Shown here piece by piece: positions 36,703 through 49,439 of a DNA stretch of 64,000 nucleotides. The stretch's first letter is position 1. The number at the start of each line of letters is the position of its first letter. A model generated the notes under the pieces. The model had not been told where the DNA came from and ran no database searches. It saw nothing but the letters and a program-made list of their open reading frames with translations. Both the position numbers and the translations under genes were made by a program. Origin of the DNA: Octopus vulgaris (taxonomy: Eukaryota); NCBI GenBank assembly GCA_951406725.2, contig OX597830.1, positions 11,160,001-11,224,000 of the forward strand. The letters are read 5' to 3'.

Positions 36703-36858
36703 CATACCATCACATACACAAATATACAAGGTGATCCATCTATAAGATCTAATATACATAATTAATAGCATAAAACAATAATTGAAAACATACACATACA
36801 TGTACATATATATATATACATAAGTATACATACATATATCCACATATACGTATACGAA

Positions 36859-39800
36859 TCCAAAAATATAAAAGAGGAAAAAAACTTGACACTTTGGTTT
36901 GGTAGTCTTCAACTAACACTAACTCTTCCAAGACCCTGAGGTGCAAGTTGACCAAAATTGAGAGTATGATAGAAGAAGGCTTGCTCTTCCTTCTGTAGAA
37001 GAAAAAATTCAAATCGGACCATGTTAACACCAAAAATTATTCACATCAAAAAGGTGCTTTTTTTTCTATGAAAATCTCTATTTTTTACGATTTTTTGACT
37101 GCTGTGTCGCCATTTTTCGGTGTATTTCAACCAGAAAAATGTTCACTTAAAGAGAATAACACGCTACATAATGTAAAAGTTTTACTTTTCAAAAATTCAA
37201 ATTCTAAAGGGTCGAAACAAACCCGAGCAACGACGGGCGATACTGCTAGTCTACCTATATAAAAGAGGAAAAAAACTTGCGCACTTTGGATTTGGTAAGG
37301 GTTTAATGGCACTAGATCCGGTCGGATTCACTCCAAAATTTACAGGGACATGTAAATGGCTATCTCAAAAGCTGTGGTTACTAGGGCAAACAAACCCACA
37401 CTTTGATAAGTGTTTGTTTATTCTCTCTTTCTCCTATCTGCCTGTCTTCCTCCGTCTCTCTCTCCTTTCTCTCTATAACGACGTTTGAAGTTTCCACTAT
37501 CTTTTCCCCTTCGCCAGTGCTGTCACTCTTTCTCTCACATCTTCTCTCTCTCTCTGTACGTCTGTCTGCACTTTCTCTCTATAACTTGTCCTCTATAACG
37601 ATGTTTCACAGCTTCACCGTCTCTCTGTCACTCTTTCTCACTGTATTTCTGCCTCTATCTATAGAGAGAGAAAGCGTGACAGTAGCAACAGTTTAAATGT
37701 TCCTGTCTTTTAGAACGGTGATATTTTATCGCCCACCACCATCGCACAATCATAACAGATATTATTAATCAGATATATAAAATGTATATATTTGTATATA
37801 TGTGTGTAGATATATATATGTGTAGACATGTATATATAACGTGTATATATATACATATTTAATGTGTATGTATATAATGTGTGCATATGTGATCGGATTC
37901 AGCTGAAAATATGCACACCTCTGTTAAAAGTGCTAACGAGTTTGCATGGCAACATTGAGTTTGCTCAAATGAAAGGCATCGCCTCTAGGGCAAAATTCCT
38001 CATCTTTTAAAATGTGGCCCGCGTACACCCGAATGAAATTGGGTAATAATGCCGAAACAAGTAAAATGATAATAAACTATTTTAATCCCGACCAAGGCCC
38101 GGTATATCTGTCTAATCTATAAAATGAAGAAGGCGAATGTTGATACAAATTGGATTTTTATGTAAAAAGGGATTTAATTGGGACTGGAAGGAGATTAAAA
38201 TTTACAGGAGGGCGTAACTTGAGGTGGGAAATTGATTGCGAGACGTTTTGGGGTGCTACAGTGGTTGCTTTGGTGTAAAAACTGGGATTTTATTGATTTT
38301 AGGGGACACTTGGGGGTCTAGATCGGGCACCTTTTGCCCGATTTCAATCAAGTTTTAAACGTGGTAAAGTGGAAGCAGATTTGTAATTTAAACACGGAAA
38401 TCTAATTATTTATAAATGGGAGAGAGATAGATAGAAAAAGACAAAAAGTAAGAGAAAGCGAGGGAGCGTCCGAGAGAAAGGAAGAGTGGGAAAGTGAGAA
38501 AGGAGAGAGAAACAAGAGATTGTGGTGATAAGAAACAGAAAGGAAGCAACAGAAAGTAACAACCACACCCTCACCCGCGCATAGAGCGGGTTACCTTAAG
38601 CTAGTCTACCTATATAAAAGAGGAAAAAAACTTGCACACTTTGGCTTTGTTAAGGATTCAATGGCACTAGGCATGCTAGGATCAAGCTGAAAATTTCCAC
38701 ACCTATAGAAGGCGTGGTGTAGTTACGGCCAGAGTAGGTTTCAAGTCTCTATCTCGATAACAAAGGCCCGAAACAATGCATTTTCTGCGAGTGAGTGGAT
38801 GTCATACACTATTGCCTTGAGTTGTATTCACGCAACATGTTGGATTCTATGCGTGACTGTGCACGTGTTTTCGTGAATGCAACGGAAAAATGGGACGAAA
38901 ACTAATTTTTGAGTTTTTCAAAAATCAAAATATGAGTATATACGTAGAAAAATTTCCTGAATCGATTGGAGCAAGTTTCAGTTCTCTAGCATGAAAAATG
39001 CAAATTCCAGCGGTTTTGAGTGTGCCTTTTTAAGGAGTTCTCAGTTGAAAATGGTGTCAAAAAATAGCTCAAAATGAGAGAATTATTTTGCAGACCGAAT
39101 CGCCTCAAAACTCAAACGGGAAGTGCTCTTAATCTATATATATAAAGCTGAAGTTGTCTGTGTGTGGCAGGTTTGGTAGCCTTCAACTAACACTATCTCC
39201 TCCAAGACCTTGTGATGCAAGTTGACCAAAATTGACAGTATGATAGAAGAAGGCTTGCTCTTCATTCCGTAGATGATAAAATTCAAATCGGACCATGTTA
39301 ACACCAAAAATTATTTACATCAAAGAGGTGCTTTTTTTATGAAAATCCCTAATTTTTTACGATTTTTTTACTGCTGTGTCGCCATTTTCTGGTGTATTTC
39401 AACAAAAAAAATGTTCACTTAAAGAGAATAACATGCTACATAATGCAAAAGTTTTACTTTTCAAAAATTCCAATTCTAAAGGGTCGAAACAAACCCGAGC
39501 AATGACGGGCGATACTGCTAGTCTAATCTATAAAATGAAGAAGGTGAACGTTGATAGAAACTGGATTTTTATGTAAAAAAAAGGGTCTAAATGGGCCTGG
39601 AAGGGGATTAAAATTTACAGGAGGGGTAACTTGAGGTGAGAAATTGATTGGGAGACGTTTTTGGGCACTACAGTGGTTGCTTTGCTGTGAAAACGAGTAT
39701 CTTATTGATTTTTGGGGACACTTGGGGATCTAGATTGGACACCTTTTGCCCGATTTCAATCAAATTTTCAACATGGTAAAGTGAAAGCAGATTTGTAATT

Positions 39801-40353
39801 TAAGCATGGAAAATGGGTTCGAAATTTTCAAAATTAAGGCAAGATTTTTGAAGTTGAAAAAAATTTCTCATTTTTACGTATTTTTGCCTTTTATTTTTTA
39901 TTGTTTACAGTTTTCAATTATTCTGAAAGAAATTTACAGCTGCATGTAGCCCGTGTTTAGAGCTTCCATTTGCATGGTCAGTCGTCGAAAAATTCCCAAA
40001 ATAAGTACTAAATTTAACGAAGAAATCCTTTTTTTTTTTCCTTAATTTTTAATCGCTCAAATAGTGGCACGTACAAAAGGCAAGTGTGCTTTCCGTTGTC
40101 ACTGCCTGATATTTATGATTGATCTTTCAAAATATTTTTTTTCTGAACTTACTCAAGATCTTTTATTTTTTATAAATGGGAGAGAAAGATAGAGAGTAAG
40201 AGAAAGCGAGGGAGAGTCCGAGAGAAAGGAAGAGCAAGAGAGTGGGAAAGTGAAAGAAAAAGGAGAGAGAAACCAAGAGGGAGAATGTGGCGATAAGAAA
40301 CAGAAAGTAACAACCACACCCTCACCTGCATAGGGCGGGTCACCTTAAACTAG
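36859..40353 (+). mobile_element. Head-to-tail array of six non-autonomous Helitron units
   Basis: CTAG|TC junctions at 37249/50, 38604/05 and 39521/22; further TC starts at 38111 and 39133; hairpin + CTAG|T at 40353. Confidence 0.8.
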
Positions 40354-42350
40354 TTGATAACATAAAACAATAATTGAAAACTTACACATACATGTGTGTG
40401 TGTATATATATATATATACATAAATATACATACATATATCCACATATACATATACGAATCCAAAAACTAGTGTATTCATGTGGGTATGTACATGCACACA
40501 TATTTTTTAGAAAACTTTATACTTAACTGTAAATGTAAACATATACCAATATACATATACATATGGATATACATACAAACACATACAAGTACATATAGAA
40601 TATACATATATGTACACACATATCGACACCTATATATATAAACACATGCACATACATATACATAAATTACACACATATACATACAAGACAAACAATACAG
40701 TAACCTTCAGTTCAACCTGCACACACAACCCTATCATATTTCGCACTGTATGGTCATTACCTTACATAGGAGATAGCCGTAGACTAGGAGTGACGATGGC
40801 ATAAAGCATTTTGAAGTGTTCATGGGAGGCAACCCAGGGTTGACGAAGAATAGGAATGATAGGAACTTCCAGTATAGGTAGGAGGGTGGGTGCACCTCGA
40901 ACTAGAAAGGGGTCTGCTTAGCATAGTTTAAATGAGACAGCAAATGTTGATAATAGTAAAATAGACTTGAAAAATCCGGGAGTTCTCCGTCAGACAGTCT
41001 AAGACAAAATTTAGGGGATAAATAAGTAACTGTGTGATAACTTTGATAGCTGAATGAGTCAATGAACAGCAAGGAAGACGAGCCTATTTGAAAACTATAT
41101 TTACATGATGGCATGTTACTGAACTAGACAGAATAATGAACAGAACTAATAGCGGAGGGGTTTATGATCTGTGCTGAAATAGTAAGGTGGATGAAACGAG
41201 GTTGAAAAGATGGAAAAATTCATATACAAAAGTCCATATATCCATAACCCTTTACAATTTCATTACTCCTAAATATATTACAGTAAAAGTACTCATTATA
41301 ACTAGTTGCACCAATATACATATGGATGTACATACAAACACATTCAAGTACATATAAAATATGCATATATGTACACACATATCGACACCTATATATATAA
41401 ACACATGTATATGCATATACATAAATTACACACATATACATATATATACAATGATGCATACATCCATAACCCTTTACAATTTCCTTACTCCTAAATATAT
41501 TTAAGCAAAATTGCTCATTATAACTAGTTGCATTTATTTCAAAGGTTAGTTTATAATAAGTACTTTTTATATCTGGAGAAAGTATATCCTATTTTATGAA
41601 GACATAATCCATTACGTTCCTTAAAATTGTTAATAATTGGTAGATTAGCCTGTATTATGAAGAAAATTTAATTAATGCATAATGAACTATTTTTATTATT
41701 ATACGCTGGTGCAGATATAGATATTTTCCATTGCTAATTATAATTAATTTTTTTATCCTTAAGTCCCCATATATATGTACTTAACCCTGTAGAATTACTC
41801 CTATTTCTATTTTTAAAAGTATATCTGTGATAATTAAGTCTTTGTTTCAAATTATTCTTCGTAGCCCCAATATAGACTTTCTTATCATATTTGAAAAAAA
41901 TTTTTGTTGAATTATTCTACGATGCTATATTGATTTGATGGATCAAAATGCAAATATAAGTATAATCTTAACTTCAACTTTGGTGAAAAGAAAAAAATCC
42001 TCATATGGATATTACGCTTGAACTTTTTTGAATTAAGACGAACTATATACTGAAAACCAGAGTCTAACTGTATGTTTATATGCATGTATATTTGTATACA
42101 TATATATATGTATGTGTTCTATATATATATATATATATATATAAATAATGAGGGAGATAAATTAATATTAATTTTAATATCAATTTAAAACCAGTAGTCT
42201 AGCATACAAAAAATCTGAAAAATCAGATTTAGCGCACCGGAACTAAGACATTTGAAATTTTATCCCTAATGTAATCGGTAAAACTAAACACGTGTCTGTT
42301 TTGGCACAGAAAGCTGGGGTTAGTTTTTTCAGATTGCATTTACACTGAAC

Positions 42351-42429
42351 AATTGTACTGATGAGGCCACGGACATTTGAATTATGTAAGTAATTCTTTT
42401 GTTAAAGGCCGAAACCGAGGTATGCAATT
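42351..42429 (+). ncRNA. Type I hammerhead ribozyme motif
   Basis: AATTGTA-CTGATGA-GGCC-(long loop)-GGCC-GAAA-CCGAGG-TA-TGCAATT. Confidence 0.8.
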
Positions 42430-42726
42430 AATTCTGTTTTTTATATAAATTTTCATCTGTCCTGCCCGCCAAATTTGGTTCTGGTGTTCGCTGAATTTTT
42501 CCTCTAGAGAACTTTCTTTGAAGTTTGATCGTTGATGATCTATTTCTAGCATACGGCCGACTACCTAGCAGTCTTGCCCTGCCAATATACATATATATAT
42601 ATATATATTTGTATGGATTGTGGATTGTTTATCTTGTATCATAATATTTGATATGTTAGAATCTATTATATGTATTGTCAAGTGAAGATTACTATAAATA
42701 TAATAATATTGTTATTATTGATAAAC

Positions 42727-42759
<33 letters not shown>

Positions 42760-43030
42760 TTAATAATTGATTATTATTTATGTGGTCATAAGCATAGATG
42801 TGTTTATATGTTCCAGTATATGTATATATATGTATATGATGTATAGTATATCTACTTAGACCTATTGTTTAATTGTGTTTATTTATGTATTTTACACTTG
42901 TAAAAGTACATACACTTTGCTAATGTATGTATATGTGTATATATGTATATGTCTATATGGATATTTGTTCATATTTTTTATATATATCTACGTATATTAA
43001 ATAATACATGTATCATGTTTAATGTATTAA

Positions 43031-43170
43031 ACCTCTGACGAGGCCTATGGTTATATATATAAGTACCATATTTTTAAATGCCTACAGCATCATTATGTTG
43101 ACAACTGTTGGCAATAAAAATAAAAATAAAAACAACTACTTTTAGCCATAGGCTGAAACAGCTGTAAGAA
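43031..43170 (+). ncRNA. Type I hammerhead motif with extended stem II and weak stem I
   Basis: CTGACGA-G-GCCTATGGTTA...TAGCCATAGGC-T-GAAA-CAGCTG-TA. Confidence 0.65.
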
Positions 43171-43570
43171 GTGATTTTAATGATTTCAATAATTTATATT
43201 GATTTTTATAACTTGTATTCTTATCTTATATGTATTGAATTATAAGATATATATGTATAATATTGAGGTTCTCATTTTGTTGAATGAATAAATAATCCAA
43301 CATTCTAATATCCGAAAGTTGATGAACAAACTAAAATTTTCTTATTTGTGTTATAAATTTACGGTAAAAAATTTTCTTTACCTTCACCCGTTTAATACAA
43401 TAAATGATTTAATTGCATTGCAATTAAAAACATTTATGTATTAAGAATCTGGGTACTTTACCAACAGTAGATTGGATAAATACTATCCCATAGTGGGTTA
43501 CACCCATAACCCCTATCTTACTGTGTATATATATAATATATACATATATATATATATACACACACATATG

Positions 43571-43624
<54 letters not shown>

Positions 43625-43633
43625 TATATGTAA

Positions 43634-43690
<57 letters not shown>

Positions 43691-43773
43691 GGTCCCGGGT
43701 TGATTCGGGGTTAACCACAGTAAATAAGGTACTCAATACATAGCAGAGTAAAATTAATTTATTATATAGAAGG

Positions 43774-43824
43774 AGCTTCTACAGGACTAGAACTGTTTCA
43801 TTCAAGAGAAATCATCAGGAAGCT
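43774..43824 (-). ncRNA. Type I hammerhead ribozyme motif
   Basis: Minus strand AGCTTC-CTGATGA-T-TTC-TCTT-GAA-T-GAAA-CAG-TTCTAGTC-CTG-TA-GAAGCT. Confidence 0.8.
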
Positions 43825-44032
43825 AGTTAACAAGAATAGTTTTGGCATTTATACATTTAGGCAGGTTTAAAGGGGTGGTGGTGGGGGACTTTTTGGGGAT
43901 AGGCATAGCGCAAAAATATCATACTTAGGGGAGTGGTCAAGGAGTCAGTGGTAAATTAGATAAAAGAATAAATAAAAGAATAAAAAAATAAATAGAAGAA
44001 TAGAGTTTTAGGTAAATAAGGAGATTCTCCCT

Positions 44033-44125
44033 TATACATATACACATATGTATATATATACACACACACACACACATATACATACACACATATACATATA
44101 TACACATACATATATATATATACAC

Positions 44126-44180
<55 letters not shown>

Positions 44181-44375
44181 CATGTATATATACACACACG
44201 CCCACACATACATATACACACAAATATATACATACACACACATACACATATACACACACATATATACATACACACATGCACACACATGTCCATACATACA
44301 CATATATATATACATATATATACATATGTGTACCTATACATACCTACACATACGCACATATACATACACATACAA
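44033..44375. repeat. Compound (TA)/(CA)/(TACA) microsatellite
   Basis: Low-complexity tract; source of the spurious Y/I/H/T-rich ORFs. Confidence 0.95.
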
Positions 44376-44613
44376 ACCCATTCCCTTATTTTAATTTTAT
44401 TATTATTTTCATTTATTACTTTTGTTATCTTTGACCGCGGTCACAAGCATCTTGGCTATCGTCCCCCTGGGGACGACAGCAAGTCCATTTATCTTTCAAC
44501 TCGCACACAAGCACTCACTCACGCACGCACACTTATTCGCACGCACACTCACTCATTCGTACACTCATACGTAAAAGAGTAAAAGAGTATATATATATAT
44601 ATATATATATATA

Positions 44614-45003
44614 TACTCTTTTACTCTTTTACTTGTTTCAGTCATTTGACTGCAGCCATGCTGGAGCACCGCCTTTAGTCAAGCAAATCGACCCCGGGAC
44701 TTATTCTTTGTAAGCCCAGTACTTATTCCATCGGTCTCTTTTGCCGAACCGCTAAGTGATGGGGACGTAAACACACCAGCATTGGTTGTCAAGCAATGCT
44801 AGGGGGACAAACACACACACACACACATACACACATATATATATATACATATATACGACAAGCTTCTTTCAGTTTCCGTCTACCAAATCCACTCACAAGG
44901 CATTGGTCGGCCCAGGGCTATAGCAGAAGACACTTGCCCAAGATGCCACGCAGTGGGACTGAACCCGGAACCATGTGGTTGGTTAGCAAGCTACTTACCA
45001 CAC
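44614..45003 (-). mobile_element. SINE family III
   Basis: Reverse complement of 63381-63779. Confidence 0.9.
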
Positions 45004-45040
45004 AAGGGTAAATAATTATTAATTTTAAAATCAATAATTA

Positions 45041-45302
45041 TCGTGCCGGTGGCACATAAAAAGCACCATCCGTTCGTGGCCGTTTGCCAGCTCTGTCTGG
45101 CACCAGTGCGGGTGGCACGTAAAAAGCACCCACTACACTCACGGAGTGGTTGGCGTTAGGAAGGGCATCCAGCCGTAGAAACACTGCCAGATTTGACTGG
45201 GCCTGATGAAGCCTTCTGGCTTCACAGACCCCAGTAGAACCGTCCAACCCATGCTAGCATGGAAAACGGACGCTAAACGATGATGATGATGATGATGATG
45301 AT
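45041..45302 (+). mobile_element. RTE 3' UTR-family copy
   Basis: Tandem units, conserved block, (GAT)n tail. Confidence 0.85.
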
Positions 45303-45540
45303 TACCAAGTAGTTTCAGTATGGAAAGAGAACCATAATTAGTAGGAACTTTTAGAAAAAGCTACATCTGTAATAAATAGGAATAAGCAGTCTTTTGGCTG
45401 CTATTTCTAAAGTTTTGGTATGTGGTTAAGCAACCTGTTGCTTAACCCTAATTATATACTTATGTATATATATATATATATCAGTACTAGGGAAAATATC
45501 AGTGTGCACATATGACATACATTGATGAGATCTGTTGTTT

Positions 45541-45885
45541 AGGTGCAGGAATGGCTTGCTGTGTGCTGGCTCTTCTACTATACCACTGAGCTGACCGAAG
45601 CCTTGTGAGTTGACTTGGTAGATGGAAACTGAAAGACCACACATATATATATCTATGTGTGTATGTCTTTGTGTCTATATTTGGTCCCCTCCCCATCACT
45701 GCTTGACAACCAGTGTTGGTGTGTTTACATCCCTGTAACTTAGTGGTTTGGCAAAAGAGATCGACAAAATAATTATCAGGCTTAAAAAAACAAAACGTCT
45801 TAGGATTGATTCAATTGACTGAAAACTCTTCATGCTGGTGCCCCAGCTTGACCGCAGTCTAATGACTGAGACAAGTAAAAGATAG
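45541..45885 (+). mobile_element. Diverged SINE family III
   Basis: AGGTGCAGGAATGGCT head; GCTTGACAACC...ACAAGTAAAAGA tail. Confidence 0.75.
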
Positions 45886-46455
45886 AAGACAACACACGCA
45901 CACATGTGTATATCACATATACATTTATGTATGTAGATCTGTTGGTTTGTTTGTTTGTTTACACCGTAAATCTACACAAATAAATTGAAATAAGGGTTAA
46001 GATTGTTTTTATAATATTGCTATCTGCTTTATATCCATCGTAGATTACACTATTTGCAATAAAAATCCACTCTACGTATCCAGAAACTACTGGGGTTATA
46101 TCAATATCAACCACAATAAATTAGAAGAGTACGGTAAATGTACATTAACGTTGAAGGCCTGTGAAAAATGTGTGATCAGCTTGTTCTTACATGGAGAAGA
46201 TGTGAACGGAATGTGTTCCTCAAATATCATGTGCCCCTGTTATTTAAGGTAAGAGTCTTGCATATTTAAAGGTTGGGTGTCTGTTTACAAATGTATTTCT
46301 ATGTTTATGTTCTTGCCAACCTAGGGTTCATTAAGGAAATATACTTAGTGTGTGGAAAATATCGTAACTCTTGAATCAATTAGTGAAATTAAAGATATTA
46401 ATGTCTGTGTACATACTATATTTAAAGACTGTGTAACTGCATGCCCACACACACA

Positions 46456-46492
<37 letters not shown>

Positions 46493-46524
46493 ATCCTACA
46501 TGTGTGTATGTATACATGTGTTTG

Positions 46525-46897
46525 TGTGGCACCTGTGCAGGTGGCACATAAAAAGCACCCACTACACTCACGGAGTGGTTGACATTAGGAAGGGCATCCA
46601 GCCGGAGAAACATTGCCAGATCAGACTGGGCCTGGTGCAGCCTTCTGGCTTCCCAGACCCCAGTTGAACCGTCCAACCCATGCTAGCATGGAAAACAGAC
46701 ACACAAACACACACTCATATATATACATATATACGATGGGCTTCTTTCAGTTTCCGTCTACCAAATCCACTCACAAAGCTTTGGTTGGCCCGAGGCTATA
46801 GTAGAAGACACTTGCCCAAGGTGCCACACAGTGGGACTGAACCCAGAACCAGGTGGTTGGTAAGCAAGCTACTTACCATACAGCCACTCCTGCACCT
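46525..46897. mobile_element. RTE 3' UTR copy (+) fused to the 5' half of a SINE III (-)
   Basis: 46525-46697 terminal block lacking a GAT tail, followed directly by a reverse SINE III head. Confidence 0.75.
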
Positions 46898-47143
46898 ATA
46901 TATATCCTTTTTCACTGAGTTGCTATTCAATACCTGGTGTCCTGGGCAGTGAGGATTAGGTTTTCAGTCTTCTTTTTTAAGGTCACTTTTGCTGAGCCAC
47001 GTCCATGATGTTTCCTGACTTCTAAGTTGTTAATTTCATAGTGGAACTGACCATGTAATTCCATGCAGAGCAGCGTTGCTTCTCCCTTCCCATATTGGCT
47101 ATTCAGGATTGGAATTCACTACCACTCTCAACTCCATTGTTAG

Positions 47144-47416
47144 TGTAGTGTGATGGATGAAAAGGACAACAGAAGGAGAAGGAGAAGAAATACAAAACAG
47201 GTCTTACCTCGGCAAAGATCAGAGGTCTCTTACAAATTCGACACGTCCTGTCGCTTCCTCGTCTATGCTCGAACTGCCCGCTTCCTCGATCGCCACACGT
47301 GCGTCCCACTTGACCGCTTCCGCTTCCCCCCGCACATGAGCCCTCCAGTCTTCCACCGGCCCCTGCAAGCCGTACTTCCACCCACCTCATCTGTCGTCCT
47401 CTCCACCGACACCACA
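47144..47416. mobile_element. Solo LTR (273 bp)
   Basis: TGTAGTGT...ACACCACA termini; 5-bp TSD GTTAG at 47139-47143 and 47417-47421. Confidence 0.85.
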
Positions 47417-47921
47417 GTTAGTAAATCCTTCTGTATTAGCAGCATACTGTCGCAGGTCTTGTTCACTGCTTACCAAATACTCTGTTATATTTCTTTGTTC
47501 ACTGCCAATGCACCCCCATATGCTAATCAGGCCACATCCACCTTTACGTGTACGTTCACTTTAGGGTGGAGAGCACCTTGCATTGTTGTCATCATTCAGG
47601 TAGTGCGGTTGAGATCCAGTTGGTCAATCTCTGCTCATGACCATTTCAGAATGATTTTCTCTATACCTATTCTTGAAATTCTTCTAAATGGTATTTGGAT
47701 CTACGTGTCATACATGAGACATTACCTTGGATGTGTTTTCTACTTGCATTTATTGGTGTCTGGTTGTTGGATATAGTTAACCAAATTCATTTAAAACTGA
47801 GTGCTTTATTTACATTGGCCTGGTTTTTCATAACCCCTTTTTGTCTTCTTATATGTATGTATGCATATTCATTTGTGTGCATATATAGGTAGGCAGGCAG
47901 GCAGGCAGGCAGGCATAGTTA

Positions 47922-48296
47922 TCTCTCTCTATATAAACGGCAGTTTGTCTGTGTGTGTTTCTGTGTGTCTGTTTGCTTGTACCCTCACTCTGACCACGGC
48001 TTTCAACCGATTCTGATGAAACTTGACACACACATAGCCCAATGTCATAATTCAAAACTAACGCAGCGAAAATTTTGAAAAGTTCCCCCAGTTCTGAAAA
48101 AGATCGATAAATTCGACATGGGGGTCGACTATCAGAAACACAAACCACAGACGCAACTCGACCTTTTTAACTATCAAAAAAAACTTTACCATCATTTTTT
48201 TCCCCATTTTTTTGCTATTTTTTGGCTATAACTATCTAAAAATGCTTTATAGTTATTTCCTTTACAAACCCGAGCAACGCCGGGCGATACTGCTAG
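47922..48296 (+). mobile_element. Non-autonomous Helitron: family-A 3' end with a different 5' half
   Basis: A|TCTCTCTCTATATAAA start; last ~130 bp shared with 5307-5687; CTAG|T end. Confidence 0.85.
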
Positions 48297-48309
48297 TAGA
48301 TATATATTC

Positions 48310-49430
48310 ATGGATGGTGTAGGCATAGTTAGCAGAAAAGTGGGTAGATAAGGTAACTGAGGTAGTCAGAGTATGTGATGGGCTAATTAAGCTGAGACTT
48401 ATCATAGATAAATTAACAGTTACATTTATCTCTGCCTATGCTTCTTAGTCTGGTCTGGCTGATGACCAGAAGGACCAATTTTATGAGGTCCTTTTGCAGA
48501 CTACTTCAACAATGAATGACAGAAACTTTGTTATTGTGGTTGGTGACTTCAAAGGGCATGTTGGACAGCATCCCCATGGAGTGCATGGTGGTTATGGCTT
48601 TGGTTGTCGGAATGAGGATGGAACAACACTGTTAGAGTCCTGTGATGCAAATGATCTCATGATCTGCCACATCAACTTCAGGAAACCTGCCAAGCCACCT
48701 AATCACTTATCAGTTTGGTGGGGTACTTTAGCCATATTGATTACCTCCTGGCCAGGCACCACGATAGACAGATACTTGCAAACACTAAGTCTTTCCCAGG
48801 TGAAGAGTTTACAACCCAACATAGGCTACTAGTTAGGGATTTCAGAATTAGAGCTGGAAAGACTTGGAGAGATAAATCATTCTGGAAAAGAAGATTATGG
48901 AAGCTCAAAAACGCAGCAAACAGATGGAAATTCAGAGATATTCTAATGGAAGCTTCTGACAAAAGGGTGGAAGAGTTGGGGACATATAGCTTAGACGACA
49001 AATGGAAGTTTCTGTGGGACAATCTACTGAGGGCTACATACCAAATCTGTGATTCGTGCACAGTCCCAGCTAGGCTGAGGGTGATATGGTGGTGGAACAA
49101 GGAGGTGAACAGTGCTATAAAAGCAAAGAGACAGGCCTGGAAAGACTGGAAAAATAGTGGAAGCAGAGGATTTTACCCAGTAGCCAGAAGGAAAGCTAGG
49201 TGACAGGTTTACATAGCAAAAGGAATAGCAGAAGGTAAGAGGTTTGCCAAAGATCTACAGTCTCAGGATCAGAGGCATGAGGTGTTTAGGATTGCAAAGC
49301 AGGATTGCAAAGCAGAGAGAACAAAGATGTGGTGGGTGAGAAATGTGTGAATGGTTGATGGTATGCATGGAAGATGCATAGGAGTGTCTCTATGAAAGGT
49401 TACTAAATGTGGAAAATGCATGTGATGTGA
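48310..49430 (+). mobile_element. RTE (BovB-like) LINE endonuclease-region pseudogene
   Basis: ISAYA, VGDFKGHVG, VHGGYGFGCRNEDG, SHIDYLL, TQHRLLVRDF, WWWNKEV. Confidence 0.85.
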
Positions 49431-49439
49431 AGGAAAAAA

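Noticed and set aside
43937-44582. Several ORFs of 70-144 aa
   Set aside because: Translations of TA/CA microsatellite
47150-47776. Longest ORF in the window (208 aa)
   Set aside because: Spans a solo LTR and its flank; no recognisable domain
48005-48030. CTGATGAAAC motif
   Set aside because: No stem II; internal Helitron sequence
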